The position numbers and the translations under genes were made by a program. From a virus (lineage: Duplodnaviria > Caudoviricetes), in the IMG/VR virus record IMGVR_UViG_3300005611_000126, positions 1-32,592 of that record: DNA of 32,592 bases; one strand, given 5' to 3'. The notes beneath the pieces are model-generated. The model was given only the letters and a program-made list of their open reading frames with translations. It searched no databases and was not told the DNA's origin. Below, in pieces: positions 25,717 through 32,592 of this stretch (position 1 is the stretch's first letter; every line of letters starts with the position of its first letter).

Positions 25717-26111
25717 TTAAGATCTTTTAATATATCTTTGATGTTTTTGATAGCATCATTGTTTTTCATGTGCTCATCATTGATGGTTAGTTGAGCTTGG
25801 TCTAAAGGTTTAGAAAAAACCACATTCCTGTGGGTTATAGAAACAAAAGCAAATACATCTATCTCATTGTCTTTATATTTTCTATGAGCAACTCTTTGAC
25901 CTTTACGCATATCAAAACGCCAGTTGTTTCTATGTTCTTCTATCTTAGATTGAGTTTTAACTTGGCACTTATACAGTTTTAAATTATGTTCAAAGATGAT
26001 GTCTGCTGATGCATTGTGGGGAACAACTGCTACTGTGTCACAAACTTGAGAGAGTATTGCTGCTGTGAGATATTCACCAAAACGACCAACTCGTTCTGTT
26101 GCTAGGGGCAT
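25713..26111 (-). CDS. free-standing PD-(D/E)XK endonuclease
   Basis: GRFGEYL.AA.L, ADIIFE, CQVKT and Y....IDVFAFV motifs of the homing/restriction-like PD-(D/E)XK family. Confidence 0.75.
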   Translation of the reverse strand: MPLATERVGRFGEYLTAAILSQVCDTVAVVPHNASADIIFEHNLKLYKCQVKTQSKIEEHRNNWRFDMRKGQRVAHRKYKDNEIDVFAFVSITHRNVVFSKPLDQAQLTINDEHMKNNDAIKNIKDILKDLN

Positions 26112-26112
26112 T

Positions 26113-29100
26113 TTATTCTTCTAGTTTTTTGCTTTCTTTAATTTTCATCTGACGCCCTAATTCTGGATATCTTCTAGCAGTCTCAAACCTAGCTATGGCA
26201 TTGTTAGTTTCTATGGTTTTTTTCAACATTTCTTTTTTAAAATATTTTGGAGATTTTTTGTACTCAGGGCTTTGAATAATTTGTAAAATTCTTTGTTTGG
26301 TATTTATTGCCGGCAATTGATGTTGTGCCATCATGTATTCATATTGCTCTGGGTTTATGTCTACGCCTTGTATAGTTCTTTTTGGCATACTTGGATAATA
26401 TTCAATATTTAATAACTCATTAAATACAATATCATTTGTTATATGTTCTAACCTTGCTGGAGAAAATACTTCTCCAAAACGACCAAAGGCTTCGGGTGCA
26501 GCACCAGGACTATATTTAATCACTTCGCCAAATATATTTCTTTTTGCAGGTAAACTTGCAGACATACCTGGTATTTTATTTTGCCAAGCATCCATCAAAT
26601 TTCTTACATCTCTAATGACAGGATCATTATATCTTCTTACATAACTAGAAACATTTGGTATTGGACTGGATAAAAAATTATTTATATATTGAGGGCCATA
26701 TCTTTCCGGATCATCAATAGCTTTAATAACATCAGAAACACCTCTAAGGTAAGTTTTATTTGTAATATTGTCTGCAAATGATGCGATCAAGTATGCACCT
26801 ATTTTTCCGGCCTCATCTGCCAAATCTTTATCTTCTTTTGTATCAGACACAAGAATATTATCGTTGACCATATTTGCAGCATTTACAAAGTCTGCTGTTA
26901 AACCAAGCAATATTCCAAATGGTTCAAATCTTTGGTAAGAAATATATTTATCTCCAACCTTTATAGAATATTCTTGCCATCCAGTTTCTCTGAGCACTGC
27001 TCTTTCCCTTGTATCTTCAGGACCCCTGCCGGTAATAAGTCCTTGATTTGCATACAATCCCAAAACACTCATAACAGCACCGGTAAAAACAATTTTTGCA
27101 TTTGCTATATCTTTTTCTGCACCACCGGCTTCCATTGCGGCTTTATACCTTTCGGAAAGTCTGCCAAGCGGAGTTCTTTCATTAGCATATTTAATAATAT
27201 TTACAGGGGTTCTTATAAAGGGAGCTATAAATCTACCAAGTTTCCAGTATGGTTCAGATAGTTTATTTTGTGTTGCCTGTCCGTATTTACCCAGTGGATT
27301 TGTGTATGTTTGGTATCTTGCATAATCAACAGATTGCATATCTATATCTGGAGCTTCTTTTGCCGGATTCTCCAAGATTTCTTTTACTCTTTGCCTTACA
27401 GCACTAAACCCCTTTTTGCCTTCTTTAATTGCTTGTCTTGTGGCTAATCCCATGAGTGATTGTCTATAGTTAATTGCTTTAAAAAACAAATCCTCAGATG
27501 CTAAAAATCTAGTAGGCACTCTAATTAACTTTCCGGCAAATCCAGGTATTGCTCTTTGCCTTGCTAATTCAACTTTTAAAAATGGATCATCAATAAAATC
27601 CTCATCAATTAATGCCTTTGTTCCAGCTTTTAAGCCATCTGCAAATCCTAACAAATTACCAACCAGTCTTGCACCAACCTCTTTAAAAGTTAATCTATCG
27701 GCTTCTTTTGCCCCCTTTAATAAACCATAACTTGCCGCAGTCATTTGTTCACCTATAGACAAAAGAATATTACTTGAGTTACCAGCTATGTTAACTAAAT
27801 GAGTTGGGGGTGCTGATAAGATCATATTTATCCAACCCTCTGTAATCATATCCAATGCAGTTACTTCGTCCATATCTCTGATAAACTTTGCTAATTGTTT
27901 TGGATCATCTAACTTTGTTATTGCGTCTGCGATCATACTATTTATTTCTGGATTTCCTTTGTTTTCTTTATAATATCGAGCTATTAATTTTGATCGCATT
28001 TTATCTTCGCCAGTTATAGGGATATTAAAAGAATTTAAAACTCTTCCTTTTGCTGCGGCTTCTCCGACCAATCTTTCCAATAAAGCCGGATATCTAGCTT
28101 TAGCAGTTTCAAATCGATATTCCAAATCTGGAGTTCTTTTTAGTGGGTCTTTCATTGCGATAGAAAGATCTGTTATTTCTTTTAATGCTTCGGCATTAGC
28201 CAATCTTAATTTATATGTATTTACCTCGTTTAAAACTCCGACTTCGCTATCCATCAATTCTTCAAAACTTAAACCGGTTTCATCTGCTAAGGCTTTTATA
28301 TTTTCCCCTTTAGTTCCAAACCTAGTTACATTTCTGGCGATCTCTAAAGGTTCTTCGTATTGTTCGGCTATTTCAGATAGCTTTACTCTTTCTGGTAAAG
28401 TTGTATCAAGCCTATTCATGTTTACATTAACAATATACTTGGGTTGAATCTCAGGCTGTTGACCTGGTTTTGTTGGCTCAACTAGATTTTGTGTAAATTT
28501 ATTTTCTAAATCAACATCTTTAACATAATCTTCAAATTCTGTTCTAAGTCTTGGTATAACATCTGCAAGATCTTTTTCAGTAAATGGTGGTGGTTTTATG
28601 CCTGGATCTTTAAATCCTTTTAATCCTGGCAAACCAACATTGCCTTGTATTAAATCTTGCTCTATTTTTCTTGCTCTTGAATTTTGATATTTAGCTAGAG
28701 AAGCCATTTCGTCAAATGATTCTGTTTGTTTTGTAGAAGCATCTAGCAATAATTGTATTTCTTCATTGGTTGATTTTTCAGGCCTAATACCAAAAGACTT
28801 TAATAATTCTTTTTTATCTTCTATTTCTCTGACAGAGTTTTCCCATTGTGCAATTTTATCTATCTCAGATGGACGAACAGGATTCGTTTCAAAAAATTCC
28901 ATAAATTCATTAACACCTATCAACGGATCAGGTTCACCAGGACGAGGCATTGGTAACCAATTATCTTCTCTCATTCTTTGCACTATTCCATCTGTGTCGA
29001 AGCCATCAGATTTAATGTAAGGTTTTCTAGTTTTTTCAGCCATTCGACTAAACTCACGACCAATTTGTGATTCGGGATTAATTCTATTTTTTCTAAGCCA

Positions 29101-30357
29101 TGATTGAAAATCATCTACCTTAGGTCTTGTTGGCTCTTTTAAAGAGGATGGTATTCTTGTTGGTCTTGACTCTTCTATTACAAATCGCTTTGCAGTATCT
29201 AAATTTTCAAAGGTTTGTTCAAAAGGAATAAATTGAGTTTGCTTTTCTAGGTCAGATGCTTTTAATTCACCTGTAATATCTGTTTCCAGTCTTTGATTTA
29301 TTTGTTCTGGTGTTAATGATTCAGTTTTAAAAACTCTAAACGAACCAGGTGCTTGTTCAACAATTTCAAAGTTATCTTTTTTAATTTTTGCTGTATACAC
29401 ATTTCTATCAGCATCATAACTAAATGGTGTTTTTGTTGCTTCAGATCTTTGTTTTCTAATCGCCTCTACTGTAAGACCAGGTTCTTCTACTGGGGTTTTT
29501 GGAATAACTTTTTCAACTTCTTTATTAGCCTCTTCGGCTTTTTGCACAGCACTTTCGCTTGTTTTCAATGTTTCTTCAGGAACATCTTTTTTTCTAATAT
29601 TTTTTATTGCTCTTAAACCATTAAATACAGTTTCAAAAACGACTCCGGTTGCAGCACCCTCTATTGCCATTTTTAATCTACCAACCGCACGAGGATCATC
29701 TTCGTCTGCTTGTAAAAATTCTGTAACTGGATTTTGTAAAGATGGAAAAGACTGTACAAAGTTAGATAGTCTTTCTTCTGTGGGAGAAAAAGCAAATTGT
29801 TCGGCAACAGTACCAAGGGTTGCAGATCTAATTCCTTTCTGCAATAAAGATGCACCCTTTCTGACAGGACCAGCCGCTTTTGAAAGGCCCCCAAAAGGTA
29901 TTGCAATACCAGCAAGATCTCTTGCAAAACTTCCAACAGGAACATCTACACCTGCAATTTCCAGTGATGTAGTTGGTTCTTCTATTTCTGGTAAATCAGG
30001 GGTTACATCTATTAACTTAGAATAAACAGCTTTTATTGGATCATATTTTCCCTGTAAGGCTAAAGATTCTTGTAAGTTATCTTTGCCAACTTGAGCCACA
30101 TCCCTTATGGCACCAGCACCAAATCTATATAAATTTTTTATAGCACCAACTTTTTCTTCTTTAACATCTTTAAATGTTTGTTTCTTTAAGTCAGATAAAG
30201 TTTTTGGTTTTGAATTACCAGGTTGCTCCAAGCCACCGGACATCAGTGCTTTTAACTCAGATAAAGTTCTTGGTTGAGAATAAGTGGTTTGTGTTGACTG
30301 TGTAGATAGTTGCTCTTTAAGTTCAGATAAAGTTTTTGGTTGAGTTGTTTCTGCCAT
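26113..30357 (-). CDS. large internal virion / DNA ejection protein
   Basis: 1414 aa, mostly helical, last of three successive genes after the tail module; PFIRTPVNI, ISYQRFEPFG motifs typical of large phage internal proteins. Confidence 0.7.
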   Translation of the reverse strand: MAETTQPKTLSELKEQLSTQSTQTTYSQPRTLSELKALMSGGLEQPGNSKPKTLSDLKKQTFKDVKEEKVGAIKNLYRFGAGAIRDVAQVGKDNLQESLALQGKYDPIKAVYSKLIDVTPDLPEIEEPTTSLEIAGVDVPVGSFARDLAGIAIPFGGLSKAAGPVRKGASLLQKGIRSATLGTVAEQFAFSPTEERLSNFVQSFPSLQNPVTEFLQADEDDPRAVGRLKMAIEGAATGVVFETVFNGLRAIKNIRKKDVPEETLKTSESAVQKAEEANKEVEKVIPKTPVEEPGLTVEAIRKQRSEATKTPFSYDADRNVYTAKIKKDNFEIVEQAPGSFRVFKTESLTPEQINQRLETDITGELKASDLEKQTQFIPFEQTFENLDTAKRFVIEESRPTRIPSSLKEPTRPKVDDFQSWLRKNRINPESQIGREFSRMAEKTRKPYIKSDGFDTDGIVQRMREDNWLPMPRPGEPDPLIGVNEFMEFFETNPVRPSEIDKIAQWENSVREIEDKKELLKSFGIRPEKSTNEEIQLLLDASTKQTESFDEMASLAKYQNSRARKIEQDLIQGNVGLPGLKGFKDPGIKPPPFTEKDLADVIPRLRTEFEDYVKDVDLENKFTQNLVEPTKPGQQPEIQPKYIVNVNMNRLDTTLPERVKLSEIAEQYEEPLEIARNVTRFGTKGENIKALADETGLSFEELMDSEVGVLNEVNTYKLRLANAEALKEITDLSIAMKDPLKRTPDLEYRFETAKARYPALLERLVGEAAAKGRVLNSFNIPITGEDKMRSKLIARYYKENKGNPEINSMIADAITKLDDPKQLAKFIRDMDEVTALDMITEGWINMILSAPPTHLVNIAGNSSNILLSIGEQMTAASYGLLKGAKEADRLTFKEVGARLVGNLLGFADGLKAGTKALIDEDFIDDPFLKVELARQRAIPGFAGKLIRVPTRFLASEDLFFKAINYRQSLMGLATRQAIKEGKKGFSAVRQRVKEILENPAKEAPDIDMQSVDYARYQTYTNPLGKYGQATQNKLSEPYWKLGRFIAPFIRTPVNIIKYANERTPLGRLSERYKAAMEAGGAEKDIANAKIVFTGAVMSVLGLYANQGLITGRGPEDTRERAVLRETGWQEYSIKVGDKYISYQRFEPFGILLGLTADFVNAANMVNDNILVSDTKEDKDLADEAGKIGAYLIASFADNITNKTYLRGVSDVIKAIDDPERYGPQYINNFLSSPIPNVSSYVRRYNDPVIRDVRNLMDAWQNKIPGMSASLPAKRNIFGEVIKYSPGAAPEAFGRFGEVFSPARLEHITNDIVFNELLNIEYYPSMPKRTIQGVDINPEQYEYMMAQHQLPAINTKQRILQIIQSPEYKKSPKYFKKEMLKKTIETNNAIARFETARRYPELGRQMKIKESKKLEE

Positions 30358-30365
30358 AATCCATT

Positions 30366-31028
30366 TTAGTCCACTTGAACTGTAAAGCCTCGAACATTAA
30401 CCCATGTGCCTTTAGGGTATGATTCCGCTTCTTCTTCAGAGTTTAAAATTATTGGATTTGTTTCGCTATTGCCCTGACCATCATCTCCGATGTCTCTAGC
30501 ATATCTTTCAAATGATGAAAGGTTTAACACATATGCTTCCAAATCTTTATCTTCTTTTGTAAGAGGTATTCCTTCTTTTTTCTTTTTGGCTAAATATGCC
30601 TTGTAGTCTGCAATTGTGTCTTTTTCAGGCTCTCTAGTAGCAAGTTCAAATTGTGCTTCAGCTATCTTGTCAACTCCCTCAGAGCCGATTATTTTTGAAA
30701 ATTGGTATAACGGAGATTCAGGATCCATTTTAGCAATCATTTCATTGTATCTTCTTTTTCTCTCTTCTTCCTTTTTCTTACCCTCTTGCATTTGCTGCAA
30801 TGCCATGGTGTTTTGCACAAAATCTTTATCACCACGCAAAGCACCACCAAGTGCGTAAAGCATCATAGCTAACTTTTGGTTTTTAGCATCTTTTACATTA
30901 GCAACATCTCCAGCCAATTGTTTTCTATCTATTTGAGGATTAATTAATGGATTAGCAGTGGGCGAAAAAGGATTACTAGGTTGTGAACCAGGCAAACCTG
31001 CCATTAAATCTTGCATTGAAAACGCCAT
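30366..31028 (-). CDS. internal virion / ejection protein
   Basis: 220 aa, LYALGGALRG amphipathic segment; middle gene of the ejection-protein triplet. Confidence 0.6.
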   Translation of the reverse strand: MAFSMQDLMAGLPGSQPSNPFSPTANPLINPQIDRKQLAGDVANVKDAKNQKLAMMLYALGGALRGDKDFVQNTMALQQMQEGKKKEEERKRRYNEMIAKMDPESPLYQFSKIIGSEGVDKIAEAQFELATREPEKDTIADYKAYLAKKKKEGIPLTKEDKDLEAYVLNLSSFERYARDIGDDGQGNSETNPIILNSEEEAESYPKGTWVNVRGFTVQVD

Positions 31029-32350
31029 TATAAAACTCCGTAATTAACCATGTAATACCCATTCTTGTCTGTAATGACTGCTTCAGGCATATATTTCATA
31101 ATTTCTTGAGCTATTACTCCTGTAGTTGGATCATTAACTCCTAGCTCTTTAGCTTTGTCATTCCAATCCCAAGTGTATAAGTTGTGTCCATTTTCAGATT
31201 TACCAATTGGTTTAATATTTTCTTTTAATCTTTCATCTGAAAGAAAGTACATACCAGCCAATTGTGCAGCAGTTCCCAATATATCTCCTGTGCCAGTTTT
31301 TTGTTGTGTTGTAGTCGTTGGAGTTGTAACCCCTTGACCAGCAGCCAATAAACCAAACTGTTGAGGCCCATAAGCCAAAGCTCTTTGGAACTCTTCGTAA
31401 GGTACTTGTAGACCCATTTGTTGTAATTGCTGTTGTTGTGCGCCAATCTGACCAAGCTGTCCAAGTCTTGCTTGTTGCTCTGCGCTGATGCCACCAAGCA
31501 ATCCTGCTTGTTGTTGTCTTGCGCGTAGCTCCAACTCTGGTTGCATCATAGCCATTCTTGCTTGTATGTCTTGACCAGCAAGTCCTGCTTGTTGAGCTAA
31601 TTCTGCTTGTCGCATAGCTCTTTGTTGTTGTGCTTCAAATCCTGTTAATCCAGCCTGTTGACCTAACCTTGCTTGTTCTAAAGCTCTTTGTTGCTGTAAC
31701 TCTGTTCCAAGAACACCAAGTTGTTGTTGTCTTGCTAGGTCGGATAATGCAGCTTGTTGTGCTTGTTGGAAACCAGACTCTCTTAATCCAGCAGCAGTTC
31801 TTGCCATTTGTTCGATGTAAGGTCTTTGTGATTCGCTCTCTAATAAAGCAGATCTTGAGCCACCAAATGCACCCGCACCGATTGCTCGAGATTGTGCCTG
31901 ACCCCTAGAAATATCAGCTTGTCTTTGAATATCAGCCATAGATTGCTCAATGACTTGTTGTGTGTAAGGTGATTGATATGCACCCATATCAACATCTAAC
32001 AAACCTCTAAACTGTGGAGCTGAAACACCGCCAATCTGTGCGGCTTGAGGGCCTTGTAAACCTTGTATGGTTGGTGCTTGAAATCCTGTTACTGGTTGAA
32101 TTGTTGGAGTAGGGGCTTGTGCTAATTCTTGCAATCCAGATAAAGGATCATACTGCATACCACTTTCAAACAAACCTCGAGTGGCTTGAAATTGTCTAAG
32201 TTGATCTGGATTAAATCCAGCAACTCTAGGGCCTGTGTATGGAACGAATGGTGTACCAGCTAATTGTTTACCAGCTTGAAATAGCTCTTTTGCTTGTGCT
32301 TCTTGATATGCTGGTAGACTGACTGATTGTGTTGATTTGCCTTTACTCAT
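31028..32350 (-). CDS. Q/A/G-rich ejection (pilot) protein with C-terminal S74-like chaperone domain
   Basis: MSKGKST start, YQSPYTQQVI, GAFGGSR motif, Q-rich coiled coil, then SDERLKENIK...GVIAQEI...VNYG. Confidence 0.7.
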   Translation of the reverse strand: MSKGKSTQSVSLPAYQEAQAKELFQAGKQLAGTPFVPYTGPRVAGFNPDQLRQFQATRGLFESGMQYDPLSGLQELAQAPTPTIQPVTGFQAPTIQGLQGPQAAQIGGVSAPQFRGLLDVDMGAYQSPYTQQVIEQSMADIQRQADISRGQAQSRAIGAGAFGGSRSALLESESQRPYIEQMARTAAGLRESGFQQAQQAALSDLARQQQLGVLGTELQQQRALEQARLGQQAGLTGFEAQQQRAMRQAELAQQAGLAGQDIQARMAMMQPELELRARQQQAGLLGGISAEQQARLGQLGQIGAQQQQLQQMGLQVPYEEFQRALAYGPQQFGLLAAGQGVTTPTTTTQQKTGTGDILGTAAQLAGMYFLSDERLKENIKPIGKSENGHNLYTWDWNDKAKELGVNDPTTGVIAQEIMKYMPEAVITDKNGYYMVNYGVL

Positions 32351-32592
32351 AATTCTTTACTAATTAAATTTTCTGATTTAAAACCTAAGTGGTTTAGTTT
32401 TCTTAACCATCCTTTTCTGCCACCGCCATATAATCTTTTACAACCAGCAGCTTTTGCAAATGTCTCTAAGGATGGCAACATATCCTCTAACTCCTTGTAA
32501 TCACCACCACAAAATAGCAAGTTCATTGCTGTATTTTGGGGGAATACTACAAATTCAGTTATCATAGCCGACTTCTTAGCTGGCCATAAATG
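32347..32592 (-). CDS. partial GNAT-like virion-module protein (5' end outside window)
   Basis: frame open to the edge (HLWPAKKSAMITE...FAKAAGCKRLYGGGRKGWLRKL..LGF); GR.GW motif, position before ejection proteins. Confidence 0.65.
   Translation of the reverse strand, partial: HLWPAKKSAMITEFVVFPQNTAMNLLFCGGDYKELEDMLPSLETFAKAAGCKRLYGGGRKGWLRKLNHLGFKSENLISKEL

Overview
The window is a nearly complete (probably circularly permuted) ~33 kb genome of an AT-rich, P22-like short-tailed (podovirus-type) dsDNA phage, of the kind commonly recovered from marine metagenomes. Minus-strand late genes: TerS, TerL, portal, lysis cluster (holin, M15 peptidase), scaffold, major capsid, adaptor, tail fibre with S74 chaperone, gp10-like tail protein and, at the right end, ejection proteins. 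A plus-strand early operon (16.2-19.0 kb) carries a compact C5-cytosine methyltransferase and many small ORFs. A minus-strand replication/recombination module encodes an HTH protein, Cas4-like/DUF2800 nuclease, Sak4-like ATPase, SSB, primase-helicase and a Rep-like HTH protein. No integrase, DNA polymerase, RNA polymerase, tRNA or CRISPR array was seen. The most striking unexplained signal is a steep positional gradient of CCWGG and CCGG sites: by-eye counts give about 42 CCWGG and 20 CCGG in 15.65-18.6 kb, versus about 1 CCWGG per kb over 1-15.5 kb and almost no CCGG in the first 11 kb. The peak is centred on terS, a candidate packaging site and the phage methyltransferase. Other notable non-coding elements are clustered ACGCACGAACG motifs, three 22-bp iteron-like repeats and a structured minus-strand RNA exposing an anti-Shine-Dalgarno sequence.
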